The notes beneath the pieces were generated by a model. That model was not told the DNA's origin. It saw only the letters and a program-made list of their open reading frames with translations, and did no database searches. A stretch of 63,858 nt of DNA, counting the filler. It is 8 parts of 8 records of this genome, joined end to end, with 100 filler letters (N's around TTAATTAATTAA, not from the genome) between each part and the next. Parts side by side here need not be neighbours in the genome. Positions count along the whole stretch, not along the records: positions 1 to 10,187 come from SRR2962707_282; positions 10,288 to 20,107 come from SRR2962707_305; 6 more parts are not named here. One strand, 5' to 3'. This document shows, piece by piece, positions 1 to 11,193 of the stretch (positions within the stretch are counted from its first letter, which is position 1; each line of letters starts with the position of its first letter). Both the position numbers and the translations under genes were made by a program.

Positions 1-472
1 CCCCCCCCCCCCCCCCCCCCTCTCTCTGCCCCCTGCTTCTCTGCCTCTGCATGTGTGCCTCTCTGTCCCGGCCTGTGTTTGTGCCACGTCGTCGGTGTTT
101 GTGTCCGTGCCTGCGTCATTGTCTGTTCGACTCACTCACTAACTCACTGGCTCTCTAGCAAGTGGATGTTGATTTGTCGACATGGGCCATTGGGCAATGC
201 ACTCACTTTGTTCCCCGGATTTTTTTCGTCGTTGGGTTTGTGCCTTCTGACTGCAACGAGCAAGGCTGGTCCACAGCGCAGTAACGGGAACGACCGCCCC
301 AAACGAATCTACAAACACGCACTCAGCAGAGACATACCTTCTCACACAGAGGCGTTCAGACAGACAGATATCGTGTAACCAAAACACACTCTCACTCTCA
401 CACACGCACACGCACACGCACAAACACAAGGGCTGCTCATTCCGCTGTATCTGGCGCGGGCCTCGATCGAAA

Positions 473-3400
473 ATGCCGTCGTCTCAAAAAAAGAAAAAAA
501 AACGATGCGAGGACGCTTCTACCGCCGCCGCCGCTGCTGCTACTTCTGCTGCTGCTGCTGCTGGTGGTGGCGCTGCTGCCCCAGCAGCAACCAGCAAAAG
601 CCAGCGGCGGGCAACGAGGAAGAAAGCACAGCAACGAGAGCTCGAACAGAGCAACGCAGGGAAGGTGAAGCTGCGCAGTGCCAGCGATACTATCAGTCGG
701 ATTCTGCACGACCCCTCGTTGCCCACTGCGTACTTCACTTTCGGGTACCTCGACCGCCACATTGGTATCGTTGAGAAGCCGCTCGCTGCAGCCAACTGGA
801 GTGACTCTCTGGATACGCTCGATCTTCGAACAACTTTCGCCGTGCCCCAGCACCGAGTGCAGTGGCTAAAGTGCAACGGTGAAGTCGTGTGGAGGAAGAA
901 GGATCGTTTGGACAGGTTTTGGGGAGGCAATGGGAATCATGGTCTAAAAGGTAAAGCCTGTTCCAAGGGGGCCGGCAGCAGAGCCAACAGCGGGCACGGT
1001 GGAATCCATGACGTGATTGCGCAGCAGCGAGAGCGTGGACTTATTCGCTCGGATGGGAGCGTTGATTACCAACTGCTGCGAAATGAGAGTGGGGAGGAGT
1101 CGGAAAAGAGAAAAAAGGGCAAGGACCACTCGCGCGCTAAGCCGAAAAGTCAACGGAAAATGGACGAAAGGGCAGAGCGTGCCCTTGCGCACGATATGCC
1201 AACGCATTTTTTTTGTGTGAAAGTTTCTGGGGCAGCGGTGCAGCGTGCTGTCTTTCGAGCGCAAAAGGCCCTCTGCGGTGCGTGAGCGTACTTGAAAAGA
1301 TTCAGTCACCACGCAACATTGGCAGATTTATGCTTTCAGCTTTTTGTTGCTCACTGTTCTGCCTGTCGTGGCGTTTTCATTGCAGTTGCGGATCAACGAC
1401 TGGAGGAGGGCTGTGCGGTGCTCCGATCGCTGCACATTACCATTGCGTTGGTGCGAGCGACCACATCTGAGCAAGTGGGCTTGGCTGCGAGTGTTTTGCA
1501 CAATGCATCCAAGCAACTGCGTGACGTTTTGAACCTCCTTGCTGAAGCCACACTAAAGTTTGTGGGAACAGACGATTTTCGTGGCAAAGTTGCCTATGCT
1601 CGCCTTGACGAACAGTCACAACATGCAATTGGCGCTCTGCACGAAGCACTTTGCAGAGATTTGCGTGAGATGGGAGTGCACATCACCGGTCAACATCGAG
1701 AGTTCAACCCTCACGTCACCCTTTGCAAGATTACAAGGCCGCTTGCCATAAGAAAAGTATCAACGCTGCCTGCAGCGGGTCGCCGAGCGGCAGCCAAAGC
1801 TTTTTATGGCATGGGCGACGCCGACGAGGGAGCTGAGCCCTCGCCAGACAATGCGAGCAGGAAAAGAGATGCGAAGTTGGTCGAATCAGCAGCCGGATGT
1901 GGCGCCAGATTGTTTCTGTGTCCCATGCAGAAGCCACTAGGAGACACAGGGTTTTATCCCATTATCGCAGAGACCAGCATTGCCGGAAACGGCACAGAAG
2001 AGGAAAACAACCCTGAAGTTTTGGGCCAAGTGCATGACGCTGATGGTGCTTGTTCTTTGACTGATCAAAGTGGCAATGACCACGGCAATGGTGGCGGTGC
2101 GGACGGCGTCAACGCGGGCGGGTTAGTGAGCGATGTCTCGATTCCTTTGGAGCAGCCTGTCACAGTGCTCTACGTCGGAGTGTTTCTAAGCGCTCGCTCT
2201 GCAAGCGAAACGCGATCAATGTGGCCGCCTGTGCACTCGCGACTGCCAGACGCCCCACATGTGACACTCGCGTATCAACCAACTCCGTCAACGTTTCAAA
2301 AGCACCAGCTTCCACAGCTTGGGCAGGTTGTTACGCTTCAGGCGTCAGCACCTGCGGCTAATCGCCGTGCTCAGATTGTCCTTTGCGAGATGGTGTCGAC
2401 AGAAGTGCCTGAAAGAGCACAGAGCACATCAAAACAAGACCCACAATTGGTTGACCCGCAACAACCGTTGCATCTGACGCTGTCACACTCTGAGCGCAGC
2501 ACGCCGCGAGACGGAATGATTCTTGCTGAGGAACGGCGAGCCAGTGCTGCTGCGAGGGGCGCGACGCAATCTTTTTCCGAAGAGCTGTTTATTGAAGGTG
2601 TGCTGGGAGCGATCGTTGCCCCCGTGGTGGAAGGTGTCGCACAGTCGTCAGCTGCCGATGTTGTGTTTGATCCATCGTTTTTCCACTCTGGACAACATAA
2701 AATTGTGGCTTGCAACAGTTCTCCAGGTGTTCACTCCACCGTGCCAACGATCGCTGCTAATGGTGAGCTTGACCGACCGTTGAAACGTCTTGCAACCCAT
2801 TGCCGCCATGTTTTTGTGTTTGATTTCGACCATACCCTCTTCAACACCCCCGATCCTGAGCACTTTGAGCAAGTTCACGGGCACGCGTGGCGTTCTCACG
2901 CTGCAACCGGGCATGCCTCATGGTCATGCGATCCAGTGTCGCTTTCAGCACCATTGCGGCGTGTAGGGCTTTCTCCAGGCCCGGGTCTCGCCTTCTGCTA
3001 TGACTGTGCTGCTCTGGGCGATTCAGTGACGCTGATTTTACTGACCGGGCGGCCTCGGGCCCTTGAACCTTTAGTGGCGGAGGTGCTTCGTGAGTTTGGC
3101 TTGGAACAACTGTTTCAGCGGCGTCTGTTTGTGCACGGCCTTGCCCGTGGCGGAAAGACATCCCATTTCAAGAGGCGGGCTGTGCGTGCACTGCTTGATG
3201 AATTTCAGACCCCACGGTCTCTCAGCAGTGGATCAGAATCTGAACCAGCAGAAGGCTTGCTCCAGTTTCATGTCGTCGATGACTTGAACGAAAATATTTC
3301 TGCCATGATGAGTGAAATGCGAGCGCATTTTGGCCACGCACGGACTGAATTAAGAGCAACGCTAGTTGGTTGTTCTAGCAGTGGCGGCGGTGGTAGTGCT

Positions 3401-5476
3401 TCGCTTGACAGCGCGACCGAGTCCACCCGTCTGAAGGGATGGGTACAGCTCTGTCGCCCATCCTTGTCGCCGAAAGTGCTCACGAAAACGGTAGTTCTGC
3501 CGCATGCGAAATCGGCCATTGAGCGTGCGCGACATCTATTTGGGAAAGTTTTCAGCGATCGATTTGAGAACTCTGCAAGGACACTTATGCGAGTCATTGG
3601 ACGAGAATGGCTTAAACTCCTTCGGTCGGCGGGCACAATTGATTCGGATGCTGACAATGAGATGCTCATTGCGGCACTTGTCCTGCCATTTGGGTCGTTT
3701 CAGCTCAAACGACGAAGTGATGTTGACGTTTGTCTACTGGGCGCCCCGCCAATTTCGTTCGTGACTGTTGTTTGGCCTCTGCTGCTTCGCATCAGAACAT
3801 TTGCTTTGCAGTTGACTGGCCAAGGTTCCCGTCTCAGCTCACGCATGCTGGTTCTTTTGCTGTGCTTGTCCTTGTGTCTGCCCTTGTGGTTCCGTGCATA
3901 CGAATGGCGTACAATCAGTTCCAAAGAAGGACTCCAGGCCCTCAGGTTTGCCCTGCAAAAGCGAGGTTTTTTGGTCTACTGGAGCGGTGACGGAGGGCGG
4001 CTGAGTTTGCTTCGTGCCAAGTGGCCAGGTGGTCGCCTCCTAGCTTGCAAAGACAGTTTAAACGACCAAGCCCAGCTTGAGGGTCTCCTTTCAGTCGAGT
4101 TTGACATCCTCTGCGCAACAGTGGACTCCCACCACTTTGCCAAGGTTATACGAGATTGGCCGACTGTTGGCCGCTGGACAATAGGATCTTTGAAGTGCGT
4201 GCCTGCAATGCAATTTCAGTTGTTGCTTTTCCGTTGCTGCCTCCAAAGTCTGATTGTTCCTGTCGCACGGCTGTCAGGCGGCTTCTGGAACGATCCACCT
4301 CCGAAGCGTCTAAAAATGCCATCGTTGGACCGCTGTTTGCATCCCGGTGCGGCGGAGGGCGGTAAGTTTTAAGTTTTTAATTCATTGTGGCTCGTTACTT
4401 TTGAAAATTGCTTGTTCATTTGTTTGAGCCATTACTGATGCCATGCACTGTTTTTGGCTGGTGGCTGCTCCTTCGTGAAAGGTCTGTCAACGTCAAAGAG
4501 CAGGAGCAGCGTATTGGTCTTCTTGGAGAAATTGTAGACGCGGTTGTCCTCTTACTCGCAGCCGCTGGCCTGCGTGGCAATGCGTTTCAGCTTCCGCGCA
4601 CGTTCCATCTCGTCACTCTTTTGTCGCAGTGGTTGGAAACTGTGAACATGGAGGTGTCCGGTGCAAGCGGTTCCCTCGCCACACTTGTGGCAGCACTCCA
4701 GTTCATCGTGGAACTTCCCTTGAAGCATTGGTGTTCGGTGTGCGGGCTTACACCGCATTGCTATGTGGAAAATGTCCGCGCCTTTCTGTCCGAAGTGCAC
4801 ACGCTTTTGGTAGGATACAGTTTGCGCGTTTGTTTTCTGGGCCTTTTCTGTTTCTCTTGTTTTTTATTGTTGCACGGTGGAATTGCTGACGTTGGACTGC
4901 ATTTTGGTGGTATTGCCGCTTCGTACTGTCCAGGGTGCGTGCGCTTCTGAGGCAGACATGGAAAACGCCTTTCTTGGGATGTGCATGGCGGGTGCTCAGC
5001 AAACAAGCACAGAGCTTGCGATAGAGGCGGCCGCTGCGCGCGCAGGAGCTCCCCTCCACACTCACTCGCAATCGCAAAATCAGCTTTGTGGATTTGTAGC
5101 AGTGGAAGTGATTGTTTTGCCAACAACAGCAAAATCGTGGCTGGAACAGCAGCAGCAGCTTTTTCATGACACATGCGTGTTGACGTGGTTGTTTCCGGGT
5201 TTTGTTAGAGCAATTGGGGACTGCACGGCGGTTGTTCCTGGCCTTGGCAGGTCGCGCCAGAGCTCAGCTAGCGACATCCAACCAGCAAATGGCCCTGAAG
5301 GCCTCCAAGTTGGTGGCAGTGACCTTCGAGGCGTGTATGCTTTTCGGATGGCCCGAGCGGCAGGTTTGCGAGGGCGAATTCGCGCCGCTTTTGAGGAGCA
5401 TGTCGTGACGAAGTCAAACATGAACACAAAACCACCGTTCTCTCTCACATTTACGCCACGGCCTCATGAAAGTTAG
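473..5476 (+). CDS. Multi-exon putative RNA end-processing/repair protein: MJ1316 (DUF504) + AKAP7-like 2H + second 2H phosphoesterase + HAD phosphatase + poly(A)-polymerase-like nucleotidyltransferase (LENG9-related N-terminus)
   Basis: MJ1316-like SDTISRILHDP..FTFGYLDRHIGIVEKP..VPQHRVQWLKCNGEVVW..RLD; PTHFFCVKV then LHITI/PHVTL; second pair PHVTL/LHLTL; FVFDFDHTLFNTP..LLTGR..VVDD (HAD); PFGSFQLKRRSDVDV and VEFDI (Pol-beta NTase). GT-AG intron 1278-1385 joins ORFs 473 and 1292 in frame; further introns are inferred downstream. Confidence 0.75.
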
Positions 5477-5689
5477 AGCTGCACTTGTGAATCAGAGGGC
5501 ACAATTTTGTGCTTTGCTGTGCGGGGGGAATGAAGGCATCACAGGACGGGACTATGGAACCGGTAAACCACATGGAGGTTGCTGGTTGATGATCACACGA
5601 CTAATATTTAAAAAAAAGATTTATACAGTGAAGAAACAACAAGTGCTGCGCTCGGGCATGCCCCCAGCAGCACAACACAGCTAGGGCAC

Positions 5690-8600
5690 TTAAACGCCGT
5701 TCTGCTGGGTTTCTGTCTGCTGAAAGGAAGGGTTTGATACTTGGCGGTGCGTGGTTGCGATGCTGCCAGCGGTTGAAGCACGCAGCTTCCCCATCCACCC
5801 TTTTCTGCTCGCACTGCGAGCAAATTCCGTTGAATTGGAATTGGTTCCCGTGGCTGCAGCGGATGAGGAACTACTTGAGCTGTAGCCGTTGTTGCTTGAC
5901 GACGAAGCTTCGATGGCTAAGCTGCTGCGGTTCGAGGCGTTGCTTTGAAGGCCAATTGCGAAGGGCCGTTCAAGATTATCAATGATATCAATCAGCGCAC
6001 TAAACGTTGGTCGCATGGAAGGTTCAGTGTGCCACATGGTTTGCAAAAGCGCATGAAAATCCGAGCTCAATTCCTCGGGTAAATGTGGTCGAAGATTGTG
6101 CATCAGGACCTGTGTTTTAGCAAACAACCACAAAAAGCGCGCTGAATGCACATTCGTTTTTGTGTGAGGTGCCAACCCGCCAACAGCTCAAAAACGCAGT
6201 CACCTTGACGATCAGAAGTCTTTCGTCGACGTCCGGAAAAGGAACGACTTGACGGTTGAACAAAGCTGCAACCATGAGTCCAAAACTGTACATATCCCAA
6301 GACTTGGCTAATGCCAGTGTGGCGGTCTGAACACCACCTTCAGGTGTGGAAGTTGGAGCTTCAGCCATACCATTTAGAGCCTCTGGGGGCATATACCTTT
6401 GAATTGAAAAGCCAGCAGCTCAATACTTGCCCGCAGACATTGGTTTTCGAAGAATCGCACGATCAAGTTAGGACTGAGTACGTACTGAACGGTTCCAATT
6501 TGCGAGGTCATCGTTCGCGTCGAGCTCAGGGATCGAGCAATTCCAAAGTCGGTCAGCTACAGGATTGGATATCGACCCATAAATAACACTGACTTCGGCT
6601 GTTGAGCGGAACAAAGCAATTGTAGGCACATCCAACGCATGGTACCCACCAAACAATGCCATCCGCCATCGAGAAGAACGTTTTGGAGTTTGATATCTCT
6701 GTGAACGAAATTTTCGCGATGAAGGTAGTGAATAGCAAGGGCAATCTCTCGAACCCAGCCGAAACGTTGCTTAAGAGTTGGCCCGCGAGCAAAGTCATTT
6801 TCAACATGTTGATCCAGTGAGCCTTGGAAATAAAAGCGCGATTGGACAAGGCTGGCAAGTGAGCTGCATACAAAGCGCAGGTCTGCAACAAGTATTTCCC
6901 TCGCACACGTGCGAGTGAGAACAAGGATCGGGTTGCAAAGCCGTACCGTTGTCGGCAAACTGAGTGACCATGAAGTAGCGTTCCACGGGAGTCCCGTCAT
7001 GCATTTGGATATGAAAGAAAACCCCAAGGAAGGGCACAATGTGTTCGTGGCGTAAATGCATGAGCACTGTCAACTCTTTAGCAAACTCATTGATGCCCTC
7101 GGAGGTTGCTACAATGTCCATCATTGCATATATCTCCTTCAATGCAACGGCTTGCTGTAGCGTCGCCCTTCGATTTAATGTGGACGTTGCAGTGCACTTA
7201 TAGACCCTGCCACCACCACCAGTGGCAATGACGGGTGAATGCGGGCCAAAGTCAATGCTTCCAATTGGAAGCAGCAGCTGTGCAAGGTCCTCTTCATCAA
7301 AGTAAGGTTGCAAGAGACGCAGCGTATTGTCTCGCCCCTTTTCCTGCTGCACCGCAAGCTTTCGCTTTCGTGCCCCGTTCCACGACGAAAAAGCGACAAT
7401 TGCAACAACGACGATGACGATGACCACCAACACAACCCAAAATGCATCTGGAGACAACGGTCGGCATGCGTCGAGGCAGGCTACTCCAACTGAGCACACC
7501 TGAAGGTCTTCCGCACAGGAACAGGGTAGGCGACTACAATCCCATTTACCACCGTTCGCATTGTCGGCACTGCTCATGTTGCAAGTGCCAGGCATGGATG
7601 TTGGCAAACTGCAAATACTTGGCGGAAGAACAGCATCAAAGTAGTTTCCCGAAATATCGAACGATGTCAGGAGCGCTAAGCTTCCAATGGACGCGGGGAG
7701 GGGTCCTAGAAAGTTCACAGGAGAGTATACACATTTCAGAACAAACGGCGCGGCTGTTGAAAAACCTACTGGTTGGGTTGGGCATGTAGCTCTACGCACC
7801 AGTGAACGTGTTGTGGGCAAGATTCAATGCCTTGAGGGACGTGAGGGAGCCCACTCCTTCAGGTACGGAGCCGGTGAAAGTATTGCGCCCCAAAGTAAGC
7901 GACTCCAAGTTTTGGAATTCGCCAATGGTAGATACAAGCGTTCCTTGAAGGTTGTTAGACTCGAGGTCCAAGTTGCGCAAATGAGACGCCTTGACACAGA
8001 ATTCATCTCCAAATTGTAGAGAAGCACGAGTGAGCTGATTGCTTGACAAAATTAGGCTTGTGAGCGCCATCGCGTAGGTCAAGCGATTAAATTGGTAACA
8101 CGGGAGCACCAGAGGTCCTGCATGATACGAAACAATGGAAAAGATGTCAGTGCCTTGGCTCAGACAATACCTATGACTGATTCGGAAACTTGACGCACCT
8201 GTCAGTAGATTGTCATTGAAGTCAATATTGCCAACAGCGGTTAGCCGATGCAACGACGACGGAATGGTTCCTGACAGTCGATTCTCGTGCAAAATTAGGC
8301 CACTGCCGTATGACTCAAGAGACTCAAGGCTTCCCAGCGACACAGGCAACGTTCCAGTCAAGTTGAGGTTCCCAAGATTGCTGCGCAAGTAGCAGAGCAC
8401 GATGGGAATGCGCAGCGTGCATGCGTCAACGTTAAGGGGAAGTGGTTCGGGTGCCTTGCATTGTGCAAAGTCCAGTTTTTTCCTTTGACAAATTCAGCAA
8501 CTTACAATCCAAACTGCACATCAGTGAGCGCTCCCAGTCCAGAATGAAGAGTGCCACTCATTTTCGGGCAATTAGCAATGAGCCTTTGTGTGAAACCACC

Positions 8601-10122
8601 ACAAATTAAACGAATCAATAACACAGCATAGGATCGCACGGCGAACAAGCGCTCTAGACTCTCACAGTAATTGCATCACCGAACAAGTTACTCGTACGCA
8701 CAAGCGTTTCAATTTTGTGAGCCGTGTCAATCCCTTCGGGATGCTCCCAGACAGATCAAGATCCAAAAGGACTCTACATCGAAAAGCGCGATCAAAGGAA
8801 TGAACAACACTCAACATTCACGAAGCACGCAAAGCAACCCCAAGTGCAAAACGAAAGTGGATCTCGTGTTCGCGTACAAGTCATGAACATTCGTGATACT
8901 AAATAGCGATGCGGGTATGGTCCCAGTCAGGCGCATGGCCTCCAAGGCGCTGAGTGATGGAAAAAAAAAAAAACAACAACACAACGGACAACCGTCAACA
9001 ATGTCTGCACACTGAATGAACTCCCGTGCCCTGCACGAGTGACTTGATTCCAGGCACAACGGACTGGTCACTTACACAACGGATGACACCTGCACCAAGC
9101 TGCCAATCGACGATGGAATCGTTCCTGTGAGCTGGAGGTACTCCAAACCACTATGGGGCAACAGGAAATTCAAAAGCATGCGCAGCGAGCACAACAGTTT
9201 AAGAGCTGAACGTGGAGCAGGCATTTTCTAAATCAACGTCAACAGAAGCTCGCACATGTTGTCACCGAGGAGCGTTAAACTTCCAATCGACGAAGGGATG
9301 GTGCCAGATAGTTCCATGAAAGCAATTTCGCTGCCATGGACGTTAAAGCAGGTGAAGTAAGCAAAAAACATGCATTTTTAAAATGCAGCAACACTTTCAA
9401 TGAGCCAAAGTTCCTCAGGCAATGCTCGACAGTCAAAACGCACAAGACGGTCTGAAGATTCGAGAGGGAACCCAGCGACGGGGGGATTGTCCCAGTGAGA
9501 TCGCTTCCAACCACAGCGCTGCACATCACCAACATTGACACAGACACGAGTTCGTGAGTGAGTGAGCTCAGGCCAAATAGGGAGGTTCATGTCATTGCGT
9601 CACATTTTGGAAAAGCAAGGTCAGGCGCACAATGAGCTTTTCAGCTGCGTCAGAGAGCCGAGATAAGAGGGAATCGTCCCCGTAAGTTGCGAATATTGTG
9701 AGTCCGATTTCAGCACCCTTGTTTCGAATCAAAACGAACGTTTGCAGAAGTGGTGCAGAAACAACGTTGCGCACAAAGGGAGTCAGCGTGAGCCTTTGCA
9801 GCATTAAACCGCCTCAGTATGCATACAAACATTCAATTGGGGCGTCAACAACAGTTCCTGGAATGTTCTCCTGCACGTACATGTCAGTGAGATTCACGCA
9901 GTTCTGCAGCGAGCACGAAGCCATGGGCCGCACACCCCGACAATTGGCAAATTCTGCACAATACGTCGTATTTGTCGCATTCTTGGACGTCGCCAGTGAG
10001 AAAGCAGCCGCCACGCTCAGTGCAAGCACGACGAGGTGCAATGAAAGTGAGGGCACTGAAGTTTTGCCCACCAAGCACTTTCCGCAACGCTTGGGAAATT
10101 TCATATCTCCACGAACGAGCAA
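5690..10122 (-). CDS. LRR receptor-like kinase (signal peptide, LRRs, single TM, TKL-type kinase), multi-exon
   Basis: Hydrophobic N-terminal LHLVVLALSVAAAFSLA; LRRs LxGxIPxxxGxL; TM FWVVLVVIVIVVVAIVAF; kinase motifs ATGGGGRVYK, VALKE, HRDIKLQN, DFG, YMPPE, DMYSFG, MRPTF. Confidence 0.85.
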
Positions 10123-10133
10123 AGCCGCGATAT

Positions 10134-10187
10134 GATTGGATGAATGAATCGTTGATTGATTGATTGATTGATTGAATGAATGAATGA
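10134..10187. repeat. (TGAT)n/(TGAA)n microsatellite at contig end
   Basis: Directly visible tetranucleotide repeats running into the N spacer. Confidence 0.9.
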
Positions 10188-10287
10188 NNNNNNNNNNNNN
10201 NNNNNNNNNNNNNNNNNNNNNNNNNNNNNNNTTAATTAATTAANNNNNNNNNNNNNNNNNNNNNNNNNNNNNNNNNNNNNNNNNNNN
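10188..10287. other. Artificial contig-joining spacer
   Basis: 44 N + TTAATTAATTAA (stops in all six frames) + 44 N. Confidence 0.97.
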
Positions 10288-10288
10288 T

Positions 10289-10819
10289 ACCACCCAGCAG
10301 CGACTCGCGTCTCTGCGGGGTGAGCACTCCGATTATTCCTCCTTGAGTCAGAGTCACGCCCCGAGTGGTAGCAGCACTGCCGACGCTCGCTTTGCAGGTG
10401 AAGGTGGCTGGAGGCACGAGCGCCGTCTTGAGAACCGGCAGCTTGAATTACGCAGCAGCGCGAGCGGCCGGCGCCTGGAGGGAGTGGGCTCGGGGGGCAA
10501 TGGCACAGGGATTGCGTTTGCGAGTGGAGGAGCGGCGCGTCGCCAGTTGCTCGCAGGCAGCGACACGCAGTCGCACATCGATTTGATTCGCACAGCGACG
10601 GCGCAGTACAAACGGCAGATTGACCGGCAGTTCATGGGCACGCCGGCTTTAATGGCAAGACTTCGCGGACGAGGCCGGGCAGGCGGTGCAGCAGCCAGTG
10701 CCGCTGATGGTGGGGCAGGGGCACAGTTGAGACCGATTAATGGCGGCGATAGACTTCCTGTGTCATGTACGTGGATGTATGGCATCGATGGAATTGGTTG
10801 GCTCTATTGGCGACCCTGA
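10289..10819 (+). CDS. Probable 3' fragment of an unidentified gene truncated by the contig edge
   Basis: The frame of ORF 10343-10819 is open back to the contig start; Gly/Ala/Arg-rich with no recognisable domain. Confidence 0.35.
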   Translation, partial: TTQQRLASLRGEHSDYSSLSQSHAPSGSSTADARFAGEGGWRHERRLENRQLELRSSASGRRLEGVGSGGNGTGIAFASGGAARRQLLAGSDTQSHIDLIRTATAQYKRQIDRQFMGTPALMARLRGRGRAGGAAASAADGGAGAQLRPINGGDRLPVSCTWMYGIDGIGWLYWRP

Positions 10820-11193
10820 GATGTTCTGCTTGATTTGCGTCGTTCACTTGTGTGTGGTTGGTGTTGGTGGTGTGCGTTGGATGATTGAACGAAAACGCAG
10901 GTTGCGCGAGCGTGAGCATGGCAACAGTTTTGGCGAACATTTTGCTTGTTGGGTTGATCTGGATCTACCATGAGTTAATTGCGGCCATGTGGAACGGTGC
11001 GCTGGGAGCTGCCGGGTTCAATTCCAATGGAGATGAGCTTTAGCTTTTCAACGCAACGAACGTTGCGACCTTTCAAAGCACGACACCGCTTGCGTATCAG
11101 TGAATATTATTTAAAAACCCCAACTCATCCAATTTACTGCTGCAGTGGAACGCCCTCAACCTTGGCTGTGTCAGAGACCCATGCAAGCACAAT

